64,000 bases of DNA, taken from a virus. The translations under genes were made by a program, and so were the position numbers. Positions 18,520-27,287 of the stretch are shown piece after piece (the stretch's first letter is position 1; each line of letters starts with the position of its first letter). The notes below the pieces were generated by a model that saw only the letters and a program-made list of their open reading frames with translations, was not told the origin of the DNA and ran no database searches. The DNA lies in IMG/VR virus record IMGVR_UViG_3300018080_000138, positions 32,709 to 96,708 of that record. One strand, 5' to 3'.

Positions 18520-20210
18520 TTAAAGTAAAAAAAAAATGATTAGGCACTAAGATATTGATTTGTATTTATTCCTATTCTTATACAAGATAGTTTTAGGTCG
18601 TTCATTAACATGACCCGGAAAATTTAATAGAAATCGGACAGTAGTATTAATGTAAATTGAGACATTAGTACACTAAGAATATTTCCGGGTCATACTATTA
18701 TAGTGCATCTAATAGTAGTTGGATGGTAAAGAAAGTTAACGGTAAACATAGCGAGTAGTCAATGCTGATCAAAGTAAAGAATTTTTTATACATAATTAAA
18801 ATGTATTGTAAAAATGAGTGTATTGAGTATATCCATGTAAAGGAAATTTTAGTGGATGCTATACGTTTTGTTTTTAGGTCTCCTGTACAAGATAGATTGT
18901 TACGTTATCAAAGAAGGAATATAAGATCACCTGGTAGATAGGGATATGGATAAGATTTATAAAAATAGAATTGGTAGAGTACCAGTCGATATAGAGAATT
19001 AAACAGATAAATAGTCAGTTGGTAGCCCATTAAAAAATTAAGGTATAGTGATGGTGCACCGGCTGGCTATTTTTTATTTATACCTGGCCCGATGGTTAGT
19101 AATGGTAAAGTAAAAGTAAAGTTAGAAAATAATGTATAAGAAGAAAGGAAATAGGAATGAGTAAGTGTAAGATAAATAAAACAAGTAAAAGTATAGATAA
19201 AAAAACCAAGATTACCAAGCATAGCAGTCATAGGATATAGGAGTAACAGACAGAGACATGGTGAGGAGGGGGAAAAAGCCAACCGCGTTTACCTGGGGGC
19301 GGCGGTTAATCGAGTTATCAGTAATCTTTCCTACTCAGCATCATACTATCCTACCAAGTATTAAACCAGAGATAGCAAAGAAAATACTTACCCCGCATAT
19401 TAATGTAAAAGATCAGGTAAGACAAATAAACCAAATAGGTACTGCAACTTTACCATAGTTGAGGTTGATTTCAATACGAAGTTGACACACTACTAAAGAG
19501 AAGATGCAATAAGCGTGAAGTCAATAGCAAAAGTGGTATATAGTAAATAGAGTTGCCAAGTACGGTAAAAACTATATCATTTATTATAGATACAATATCT
19601 TAAAATCCTATATATTGTAGTAGTTTCTATATAATCAGGCAATATCTTAGATAGTTTTAGTGAACTTTCCGAGTATTTAGGCATTTTTAGGCATTTTTAG
19701 CGGAAAAACACGGTTATTCAGTAGAAATTAGCGGAAATAGTAGTATTTAGAGGGAATGTAGCAGTTTTAGCCTTAGAAATCCGCCTTAACTTGCTTTGGA
19801 GGGCATTTTTATAGGGTTGGTGGTTCAGTCGGTTACCATTAGGAATAGTAGTCGCTGATCAAAATTTTAGGCAATGGGATTTTTTAAGAATTTTAGGCAA
19901 GTTACGGCGGATTAGTCCACTTTTGTTACTTATTGTGAATAGTACAAGTATTCAGGCATGTATCTAAGAATGTTTTAGCATAAATGGTAGTTGGTCGTGT
20001 AAAATATAGAGTGGTTGAGGTAAGTCGGGTATATTGCCACTTGTTAACTTAAATGTAATAAGGTAGTTTGGTTCTCCAGAGTGATGTTATGATTAGTAGT
20101 GAGTAGAAATTGGCGCTCATTGGATGGGTATGTATGATTAAGTGTGGTAGGGAGGTATTATGTGAGTTTTATACTTGGTAATGTATCATGGGGTTAAGTC
20201 ATCATCACAT
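18520..20210 (+). ncRNA. candidate large structured non-coding RNA (alternatively a terminus/origin region)
   Basis: nearly ORF-free; nested imperfect inverted repeats with many G.T pairs at 18610-18693, 19009-19072, 19439-19563, 19567-19658, 19778-19913 and 20081-20208. Confidence 0.4.
19672..19776. repeat. 10-bp-phased TTTAG / GCATTTTTAG repeats
   Basis: TTTAG ends at 19680, 19690, 19700, 19750 and 19770. Confidence 0.55.
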
Positions 20211-20262
20211 ATAAAGGAAAGAGAAGTGAGAAAGTTGAATAAGTTATATGAGTAGGTGTTTG

Positions 20263-20278
20263 TGGGATGATTTTTGCA
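20263..20278 (+). promoter_or_regulatory. repeated promoter core, copy 0 (sigma54-like GG-N10-GC)
   Basis: TGGGATGATTTTTGCA, 37 nt before ATG 20315. Confidence 0.55.
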
Positions 20279-20314
20279 CTATATTTTTATGAATTAAACA
20301 AATGAGGTGACAAA

Positions 20315-20482
20315 ATGAAATATACAAAACGACCTTATGATAGAAAAACGATGATTTTCAAGGCCAATTATATACTATGCACTGCAATGCAAGACTACAC
20401 AGCCTTAAAGGAGGTCTTGTTGGAGGCCGTGGCCGATGGTATTATTTACCCTGAAAAAACTACAACTGATTCAATTATATAA
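20315..20482 (+). CDS. small early-like protein, 55 aa (MKYTKRPYDRK...), below the ORF-track cutoff
   Basis: RBS GAGGTGA; follows a promoter core; same MKYTK start as 20701. Confidence 0.6.
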   Translation: MKYTKRPYDRKTMIFKANYILCTAMQDYTALKEVLLEAVADGIIYPEKTTTDSII

Positions 20483-20503
20483 CATTTCATCGACTTAGTA
20501 AAA

Positions 20504-20683
20504 GTATGGAGTAAACTCCATACATTTTAGTCAAGAATCGGGCAGAGATTACATATTTTTCGGCTTATATAATATACCATAGTTATATATGGTCGTTAGG
20601 GGTCCTCTGTCTCATAAGGGAAAAAACTTCCTTTTCTTAGAAGGTTTGGGATGATTCTTGCAATATAATATAATGAAAATAAA
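20504..20683 (+). promoter_or_regulatory. promoter module, copy 1: palindrome plus core
   Basis: GTATGGAGTAAACTCCATAC at 20504-20523; TGGGATGATTCTTGCA at 20647-20662. Confidence 0.75.
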
Positions 20684-20700
20684 GATAAAGGAGTAAGAAA

Positions 20701-20895
20701 ATGAAATATACAAAGATCAAAATTAGGTTTACTGACAAAGACGGGAGTCTTGGAAAAACGGCAACTAAAACATTGTATAATGATAGTTACGATATGTATG
20801 AAAAAATTGTTGCCTATGCAGCTAAGCTACACAAACAACGGTTATTAGATGATGCATTGATTGCACAGTTGATGCAAGAGACCCCTTATAAATGA
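20701..20895 (+). CDS. hypothetical early-like protein
   Basis: RBS AAGGAG; downstream of promoter copy 1. Confidence 0.6.
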   Translation: MKYTKIKIRFTDKDGSLGKTATKTLYNDSYDMYEKIVAYAAKLHKQRLLDDALIAQLMQETPYK

Positions 20896-20917
20896 GTTAA
20901 ATGAGTACAAAATACCC

Positions 20918-21016
20918 GCCATCGAAGCCCAATAACTGGCAGAAATGTTAGCACATTTGGGTGGTATGGAAAGGTCGTAATAAGGCGGCAAGCCGGTTCG
21001 ATTCCGACCGATGGCA
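20918..21016 (+). ncRNA. tRNA-like RNA or degenerate tRNA
   Basis: perfect 7-bp acceptor stem GCCATCG/CGATGGC+A, GGTTCGATTCC T-loop, GCC/GGC D-like arm; 6-nt anticodon-like loop and ~30-nt variable region are non-canonical. Confidence 0.5.
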
Positions 21017-21040
21017 CAAAAAAACAAATGAGGTAATAAA

Positions 21041-21208
21041 ATGAGATGTAAACCGGGAACAAGAGTAAAATTTTATGACTATGATTTAGAAGTGGTACAG
21101 ATAGGAGTATATCTAAAACATTTTGCACCTTGTGTAATGTCAATTTATGTACCACTTGACGATAAGGTATACTATGTCAATGAAAATGATACTACACCTA
21201 TTAAATGA
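21041..21208 (+). CDS. small protein, 55 aa (MRCKPGTRVKFY...), below the ORF-track cutoff
   Basis: RBS GAGGT; open frame to TGA at 21206. Confidence 0.55.
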   Translation: MRCKPGTRVKFYDYDLEVVQIGVYLKHFAPCVMSIYVPLDDKVYYVNENDTTPIK

Positions 21209-21227
21209 TATACTCAGGAGGTATTAA

Positions 21228-21470
21228 ATGACGAATACTGATAAAGCATATATTAGTGCCAGGATGAGGATTAATTTTCCTGGTATAAAGCATAAAGATT
21301 TGGATAATGGCGTGGTGTTTCCAACACTGAGGTTTAGAGTGACTCAAAAAAATGAAAAATTTTATTTGGAGAGCGCAGCACGTGGATTATATTTTACTGT
21401 CAGAAGTTCGGAAAATGTTGTGCGAATTATGGATGAGTTAGTTGATGAAGTAAAATTTTGGACTGAGTAA
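21228..21470 (+). CDS. hypothetical protein
   Basis: RBS AGGAGG. Confidence 0.6.
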   Translation: MTNTDKAYISARMRINFPGIKHKDLDNGVVFPTLRFRVTQKNEKFYLESAARGLYFTVRSSENVVRIMDELVDEVKFWTE

Positions 21471-21526
21471 CTTGAAAAAAGGGGCTTAAAGGAACGTTGT
21501 ATAGAAATTGACCAAGAAAAGTAAAA

Positions 21527-21665
21527 GTATGGAGTTTATCCCATACAATTTGGTCAATAGTTAAGGATATTTCTCTATATGTTATTTTATGTGTGAGTGT
21601 GATTGTCCTCTCTGAGTTATTAACGGGAGTTACTATTACCCAGGAGGTTTGGGATGATTTTTGCA
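21527..21665 (+). promoter_or_regulatory. promoter module, copy 2
   Basis: GTATGGAGTTTATCCCATAC at 21527-21546; TGGGATGATTTTTGCA at 21650-21665. Confidence 0.7.
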
Positions 21666-21703
21666 TTATATTAATGTGAAAACAAAGACAAAGGAGTAAT
21701 AAA

Positions 21704-21892
21704 ATGAGAGTATATGTTAATACTGATAAATATAGATGGTCACACGGTAAAAAACCTCGTGGCAAAGGCCAATGGTGGTTTGAAATTGGTAGTGATGATT
21801 TTGGATTAAATGCAACTTATGGTGAGGCCGTAAAAGCTGCGAGGAAAAAAGCTGAGTTAGAAGGAGTTAATGAAATATATGTACTTCCATAA
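21704..21892 (+). CDS. small phage protein (SHGKKPRGKGQWWF motif)
   Basis: RBS AAGGAG; downstream of promoter copy 2. Confidence 0.65.
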   Translation: MRVYVNTDKYRWSHGKKPRGKGQWWFEIGSDDFGLNATYGEAVKAARKKAELEGVNEIYVLP

Positions 21893-21943
21893 ATGAAGCG
21901 ATAAGATGAAATACAATCGGCTGGAAAAAAGGAGTGTGGAATA

Positions 21944-22210
21944 ATGTCAGTAACAAGGGAACAAATAAAAGAGGCATTACACGCAGTATTAGCACAGAGG
22001 GAAAGGGATGATTTGAATAAATTGTTTATTACAGATGTTAAGAATCATCTTTCACAGGCTAATAAAAATGGTGAAACGTTAACATACATTAAATGGCGGA
22101 ATAGAACGGAATTCAAACTGAAAGCATCTATCACAGCAATCATGGCACAGTTTTCGGCAGCAGGATTTAATGTTGAGTGGTGTGGTACACATAATTTTGA
22201 AATTTGGTAG
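21944..22210 (+). CDS. hypothetical protein
   Basis: RBS AAGGAG. Confidence 0.6.
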   Translation: MSVTREQIKEALHAVLAQRERDDLNKLFITDVKNHLSQANKNGETLTYIKWRNRTEFKLKASITAIMAQFSAAGFNVEWCGTHNFEIW

Positions 22211-22440
22211 ATGTACTATGTCAATATAAATGATGTCATAGTCCTTTAGTAGTGTACTCAGGAGGTATTAATGGATGAAGTGTTATTTTGTTGTAAGTGG
22301 TGTAAGCATTTAAACCTATTAATTGGGATTTACAAAGATTACTTAGTTAATACCTTAAAAATAAGGAAAGAAGAATATTAGATGTTGGCAGGGAATACAT
22401 AAAGATCAGAAACAGTCATAATCTATTTAAAGGTGATGAA

Positions 22441-22887
22441 ATGCAAGGTGAAATCAGTAGACAGAATGCTCTTCGGTATATATTAGCGGGTAATGCAATC
22501 ATTACCATGAAGAACATTAGCACTGGTAATAGGTTCACTTATAAAATAAGTAAATTGAAAAAGAAATATCAGCAAACGAATAAGTCAACCGATATTTATT
22601 GGGTAAGAGTGTTAACATGCCCAAATAATACAAGGGGGTATCGGTTTTTCGGAACAGTATTTGTTAATGGTTCAGTTAATTTTAAAGTATCAAATAAAAG
22701 TAAAATTTCAAAAGATGCGCAAAGTGTTCGTGTTTTTCATTATTGTTTATATCATCTAACTAAGAATGATTTATCTGATGATGTAAAATTTTACCATGAA
22801 GGGTATTGTGGTCGTTGTGGTCGATTGTTAACTGTCCCTGAGAGTATTGTTGCAGGATATGGACCAATCTGCATTAATTTAATTTAA
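22441..22887 (+). CDS. DUF6011-like zinc-finger protein
   Basis: TGNRFTYKI; C-terminal CGRCGRLLTVPESIVAGYGPIC. Confidence 0.75.
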   Translation: MQGEISRQNALRYILAGNAIITMKNISTGNRFTYKISKLKKKYQQTNKSTDIYWVRVLTCPNNTRGYRFFGTVFVNGSVNFKVSNKSKISKDAQSVRVFHYCLYHLTKNDLSDDVKFYHEGYCGRCGRLLTVPESIVAGYGPICINLI

Positions 22888-22907
22888 TAATATAATGAGG
22901 TATTGAG

Positions 22908-23114
22908 ATGTTTAATTTTCCAACTGAAGAAGAAATTAATGAATTTTATGCAGAAAGAAAAAATTCAACACTTGTTAAATCCGAGAATGAAAAAGTCCTT
23001 AGAGAACTTGCGATAATGTATAAACAAAGTCCATTTACATTAGATGTATTTAAAAAAATGGTTTTGAATAATTTAAACATTCTGACCACCGTCTATAAGG
23101 ATATAGTCGGATAA
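22908..23114 (+). CDS. hypothetical protein; paralog of 24220
   Basis: FPTEEEINEFYA vs LPTKKEVDEFYA. Confidence 0.6.
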   Translation: MFNFPTEEEINEFYAERKNSTLVKSENEKVLRELAIMYKQSPFTLDVFKKMVLNNLNILTTVYKDIVG

Positions 23115-23130
23115 TAAATGAGGTGATAAA

Positions 23131-23325
23131 ATGGGCAGTTTAGTTGTTTTAAAACGTTATAAAGAGCCGGATGCTGAGTGGTTTCCAACAACACTTGCCG
23201 AGTGCATTGAGCATACAGAGGGTTCAGGTTATTGGGGAAAAGACACAGTAACCTATTTACTAAGTACTGGTAATGTTGTATGGACTCCATTTGCAGAGTA
23301 TAAAAGAGGAGAAACAGATGCATAA
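23131..23325 (+). CDS. hypothetical protein
   Basis: RBS GAGGTGA. Confidence 0.6.
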   Translation: MGSLVVLKRYKEPDAEWFPTTLAECIEHTEGSGYWGKDTVTYLLSTGNVVWTPFAEYKRGETDA

Positions 23326-23575
23326 AGTAATAAAAAATGCTAAGCTGGTAGAAATAAGGAGTGATGGTGCTCAAAAATATGAGTATGATGATCCAACAGA
23401 GGAGTTTCCAGCGGTGTGGCTAACAGGGATTCAACGAGCAAGTAATCCGGAGATAGGAATGGTTGGCGACCTCGTTTATAGGAAATTTAGGTCAGGTGCA
23501 TGGTTTATGTTTAGAAGGTATCCTATAAAAAGAGTGAAGGAGAATGAAGATGATACGGATGGTAGTATTAACTAA
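23318..23575 (+). CDS. hypothetical protein
   Basis: RBS AGGAG before ATG 23318. Confidence 0.55.
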   Translation: MHKVIKNAKLVEIRSDGAQKYEYDDPTEEFPAVWLTGIQRASNPEIGMVGDLVYRKFRSGAWFMFRRYPIKRVKENEDDTDGSIN

Positions 23576-23600
23576 GAAACGTCTCATGGAAATTAAAAAA

Positions 23601-23834
23601 ATGTCAAAAGTAAAAGTCAACACGGATGAATATAAAAAGGTTCATGGTAAATGTCCGGATAATAATACGGATGCTATTTAGACGGTTAGTATAGATGGTA
23701 TAGTGAAAGATAGATCATTTTCAGTATATCTAAATTGTTTAACTATAAATAATAAGAAAGCTACGGTAAAAGAATTAGAGCCGTTACGTAGAGGCGCAAA
23801 AAATGGATTAGATGGGTTAAAAAGGAAAATATAA
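23601..23834 (+). pseudogene. paralog of 21704-21892 interrupted by an in-frame TAG
   Basis: KVKVNTDEYKKVHGKCP matches RVYVNTDKYRWSHGKKP; TAG at 23679-23681, then the frame continues to TAA at 23832. Confidence 0.5.
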
Positions 23835-23835
23835 A

Positions 23836-24204
23836 ATGAACATATATGTTGAAACTATTGTACCTAATAAGTATAGTGTTAAGTTATTAGGCTATAATGC
23901 AGTATTACATTATAAGGTAGTTGATAATCCTATGGATATAATTAATGAAATATTTACAGGTATTGGGTGGTATTTAGATATGAAAGAAATGTTTAATGAT
24001 GATCCTGAAAGTATTTGTGTCAACCAAGATAAGTTACAGGGTGAACAGATTGTAGGGCGGACTGTTGAAATAAAAGATGGTTTTTGGAATGCTGGTTACC
24101 GTGGGATGGTTACTGAGTATGAAGGCATTGTTGGCTGGTACACGGTTATCATTAATGAAATTAGTTTTATCTATGTACGTGACGAATTTGTTGTACTTAA
24201 TTAG
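23836..24204 (+). CDS. hypothetical protein with a C-terminal KOW/SH3-like segment
   Basis: VGRTVEIKDG..AGYRGMV. Confidence 0.55.
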   Translation: MNIYVETIVPNKYSVKLLGYNAVLHYKVVDNPMDIINEIFTGIGWYLDMKEMFNDDPESICVNQDKLQGEQIVGRTVEIKDGFWNAGYRGMVTEYEGIVGWYTVIINEISFIYVRDEFVVLN

Positions 24205-24219
24205 ATAAGGAGATTTTTA

Positions 24220-24416
24220 ATGAAGACATTACCTACAAAGAAAGAAGTCGATGAGTTTTATGCCGCATATGGTACTACTAATTTTTATGTAATGGATGCC
24301 GATAAAAAAGTAAAAGAAATTCTTACACAGCTATATAAAGAGGGTTTTTAACCAAGGCCTCATTTACAAAGGTTGTACTGAAAAATATTAGGGATATGAA
24401 CGGTTAAATAGTATAG
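24220..24416 (+). pseudogene. paralog of 22908 split by a -1 frameshift (or programmed slip)
   Basis: frame 0 ends GAG GGT TTT TAA at 24351; -1 frame gives FLTKASFTKVVLKNI, matching FTLDVFKKMVLNNL. Confidence 0.45.
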
Positions 24417-24430
24417 TTAGTGGAGATGGT

Positions 24431-24781
24431 ATGAGAAAAATAAAAATACCTATAAAGTATAAGGAACAATTAGAGGCAAGATTTGATCCAAAAAACCTTA
24501 TTTGTGATTTTTCAACAAATAATTATTACATTAGAATTCCATGTCCATTATGCGAGGATTATGGAGGTAATTTGGTTTGTAGTAATTGTCCATTTCGTGA
24601 ACCTATAGATTTATGCAAAGTTGATAGTTCTTGCGGGGGTTTTGTTGAAGACATTATTGGTTTACCTAAATTTTCTTGGACAAAAGCAGACATAATAATA
24701 CATAAGACATTATATAATCAGGCTGTTGAGCAATTAATTGAACTCAGAAGTAAAGCAAAGGAGTACATTGAGTGGGTATAA
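24431..24781 (+). CDS. Cys-rich zinc-binding protein, family member 2
   Basis: KIP, CPLC...CSNCPF...C. Confidence 0.6.
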   Translation: MRKIKIPIKYKEQLEARFDPKNLICDFSTNNYYIRIPCPLCEDYGGNLVCSNCPFREPIDLCKVDSSCGGFVEDIIGLPKFSWTKADIIIHKTLYNQAVEQLIELRSKAKEYIEWV

Positions 24782-24783
24782 AA

Positions 24784-24962
24784 GTATGGAGTATACCCCA
24801 TATAATTTGGTTAAAAGTATGGGATAAACTCCATACTTTTGTAATAAAATAAACAACTAATTTTATAGAGCCGGTATATTCCCGGCAAACCCTTACAATA
24901 AAAATGCTCATTTCTTAGAAGGTTTGGGATGATTCTTGCAATATAATATAATGAAAATAAAG
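24784..24962 (+). promoter_or_regulatory. promoter module, copy 3 (two palindromes)
   Basis: palindromes at 24784-24803 and 24817-24836; TGGGATGATTCTTGCA at 24925-24940. Confidence 0.75.
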
Positions 24963-24997
24963 ACAAAAAATAACAATTTAAAATATGAGGCATTAAA

Positions 24998-25183
24998 ATG
25001 AAACGCAAGGTCAGTAAAAAAGAAATGGAATTATATATAGAGCCAGCAGAAAAAATATATAATTCGATGTCAGTAGTAGAGTTTGACTTATTAATTCAAG
25101 CCGCAAAAAATCGAGCAGACAAGTTTAATAAAGGAACAGTTGCAAAAGATACATTGAGATCAATTGTAGTTCCAGAAGATTGA
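24998..25183 (+). CDS. hypothetical early-like protein
   Basis: downstream of promoter copy 3. Confidence 0.6.
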   Translation: MKRKVSKKEMELYIEPAEKIYNSMSVVEFDLLIQAAKNRADKFNKGTVAKDTLRSIVVPED

Positions 25184-25296
25184 AGCCATCTGACCTTTAT
25201 AATAATGAAGTCGGGGAGTGGCGTGGGCATGGTTATTGTACACAATAAGTAGGTTAGATTTCGGTCAATGACGTTAAAGTAGAGGAGTATGATAAG

Positions 25297-25521
25297 ATGA
25301 ATAATCAAACATTCATTAATAATCATATAGGGGTACAACAGCATAAAAGTAAGTACAAAGATTTATATGTTGTTACTGTTAGGTCTAAACTTGTTGTTAG
25401 ATTATTGAAGGAACGATTTGAGATTTCCACTAAGCGGGGTAAAGTAGTAAAATTTGATCAAGGTGAACTTGACATATTAAAGCGACTGATACTACAACAT
25501 TATTTAGATAATAACTATTAA
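25297..25521 (+). CDS. hypothetical protein
   Basis: RBS GAGGAG. Confidence 0.55.
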   Translation: MNNQTFINNHIGVQQHKSKYKDLYVVTVRSKLVVRLLKERFEISTKRGKVVKFDQGELDILKRLILQHYLDNNY

Positions 25522-25546
25522 CCATAAAATTGGATGAGGTGATAGA

Positions 25547-25900
25547 GTGGTACAGCAGTTGAGTTCGATTGAGAAGCGGTTAACAATACAATATAATAGT
25601 TCGATGTTGCATGAGCTTAAGACAGAATTGGAATCAAGAGGGATTACATTAAGTGTTATTGAGTTTAATGTAAAATTGGCGGATTATATCATTAAACCAT
25701 TACCGTTAGCGTTGTTATGCTCGTTTAATACGGAGGAGAAGGTATATAAATACAGGGTGACGGTTGCCGATAATAAGTATGTTATTGTTGATGGTGATGG
25801 TTTGGCAGTTGCAAGGACTTCGGCGGTTGATTATGCAGTTGATGAGATAATTGATGATGTTGTTTTTAGTGTAACATCAATAAAAGGAAAAGATAAATGA
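25547..25900 (+). CDS. hypothetical protein
   Basis: RBS GAGGTGA; GTG start. Confidence 0.55.
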   Translation: MVQQLSSIEKRLTIQYNSSMLHELKTELESRGITLSVIEFNVKLADYIIKPLPLALLCSFNTEEKVYKYRVTVADNKYVIVDGDGLAVARTSAVDYAVDEIIDDVVFSVTSIKGKDK

Positions 25901-26382
25901 ATGAACTTAGTAGACAAAAAAAGGTGGAAGTATTATATCAACTACAATATGTTGAACCTGTTATTGTACGGGATAAGACAGTGGCAAGTAAAACTGTGGG
26001 GTGTCCTGAGGATATAGTAAATATTTTACGTGAGCTGAAGTATGCTGCAGTTGAAAAGTTTATTGGTGTATATCTTGACTCAAGAAATCATGTTTTAGCG
26101 GTATCAATTTTACATGTTGGCGGTATTACGGAAACAGTAGTTGATCCTAAAATAGTATTTGGAATGGCATTTTTATGCAATGCTACTGCATTGGTGGTAG
26201 TACATAACCATCCATCCGGGAATAATGCGCCAAGTGACAAAGATAAAGAAATGACAAGAAAACTTGTTACATGTGGTGATTTTTTAGATATAAAGTTATT
26301 TGATCATATTATAATAGGTAGTGATGGATATTATTCATTTGCTGAATCTTTGGGCGATGAATTACTCATTGGTCGACATTGA
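25897..26382 (+). CDS. RadC-like JAB-domain protein
   Basis: EKF..YLD, VHNHPSG..PS..D, LFDHIIIG, YYSF. Confidence 0.9.
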   Translation: MNELSRQKKVEVLYQLQYVEPVIVRDKTVASKTVGCPEDIVNILRELKYAAVEKFIGVYLDSRNHVLAVSILHVGGITETVVDPKIVFGMAFLCNATALVVVHNHPSGNNAPSDKDKEMTRKLVTCGDFLDIKLFDHIIIGSDGYYSFAESLGDELLIGRH

Positions 26383-26409
26383 TTTAGTAGTAATAGATTG
26401 GAGGATGTA

Positions 26410-26628
26410 ATGGCAGCAAAGTTGAATAAGTTGCTTAGTGGTAGTATTAGGCAGTCAGATTATACCCCTGGTACATTGAAGCGATTGGCAAAAAAGACTG
26501 CAAATGATTTTAACGCAATTCAATACAATTACGCAATTAGACATTCTGCAAAAACACATCAAATGTTATTAGTGGTTGACATGATGCTAAAAAGTTTGAA
26601 ATTAGTCACACATACAGTAGTTTTATAG
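26410..26628 (+). CDS. hypothetical protein
   Basis: RBS GGAGG before ATG 26410. Confidence 0.55.
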   Translation: MAAKLNKLLSGSIRQSDYTPGTLKRLAKKTANDFNAIQYNYAIRHSAKTHQMLLVVDMMLKSLKLVTHTVVL

Positions 26629-26643
26629 TAAAAGGAATGTATT

Positions 26644-27051
26644 ATGAAACCAGAAAAAGTGTACTTGGTCGATGTGGATGATGTTTTTTTGGCGGGTTTA
26701 TCAAGATCACAGAGGTCTCGTATTAAATCAAGGGGATATATTATTTTTGGCTATCATAGACAACAAATTAACGTGAATTATGATAACATTGATTTTGAGA
26801 TAAAAGATATAAGAAAAATTGTTGGTAGTGAACTTCATAAGTATATTTCCTATGGCCATTATTATTTTGATGACATTGTGTCGGAGGTAGTCTATAATTT
26901 TCTAAGAAAGTCGGGAAAAATAAAGAAAAATGCCATAGGTTTTTTAAGATCAATAACAAAATCAACATGTATGAATTTTTGTAAAAAGTCATGGGCTGTG
27001 AAGGAATATCCAATGACAGGAGTTGGAATAGATGAAAGAAATATACAATAA
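26644..27051 (+). CDS. protein with a sigma70/ECF region-2-like segment and no region 4
   Basis: DDIVSEVVYNFL...GFLRSITKSTCMNFCKK resembles the ECF region 2 pattern. Confidence 0.4.
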   Translation: MKPEKVYLVDVDDVFLAGLSRSQRSRIKSRGYIIFGYHRQQINVNYDNIDFEIKDIRKIVGSELHKYISYGHYYFDDIVSEVVYNFLRKSGKIKKNAIGFLRSITKSTCMNFCKKSWAVKEYPMTGVGIDERNIQ

Positions 27052-27068
27052 GGAATAGTATAATTATT

Positions 27069-27287
27069 ATGAAAAAAATAAAAATAACGAACAATGTTCA
27101 TTTTATATTGGAACATGAGCTATTAGTAGTTTCATTTCCGTCGGGAACAATAGTCGGTTATAGAAGGTATCCAAAAGAATTGGATAAAACGGTTATTATT
27201 GATTGGTTGGAAAAGAATTTTGGTACAAAGATAGCCCATGATTACTTGGATAAAATTTTAAGTGACCAGGATTTGGAATGGGAATAA
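27069..27287 (+). CDS. hypothetical protein; paralog of 27653
   Basis: TIVG/TILG and WL...FG...A shared. Confidence 0.55.
   Translation: MKKIKITNNVHFILEHELLVVSFPSGTIVGYRRYPKELDKTVIIDWLEKNFGTKIAHDYLDKILSDQDLEWE

Noticed and set aside
19258-19458. 66-aa ORF within the non-coding tract
   Set aside because: No recognisable motif and it overlaps predicted helices; cannot be excluded but is not supported
20525-20640. IHF site between palindrome and promoter core
   Set aside because: Only weak matches (AGTCAAGAAT...) to WATCAA-N4-TTR; not supportable by eye
25205-25275. Second tRNA-like element (GGTTAGATTTC; TTATTG/CAATAA hairpin)
   Set aside because: No convincing acceptor or T stem
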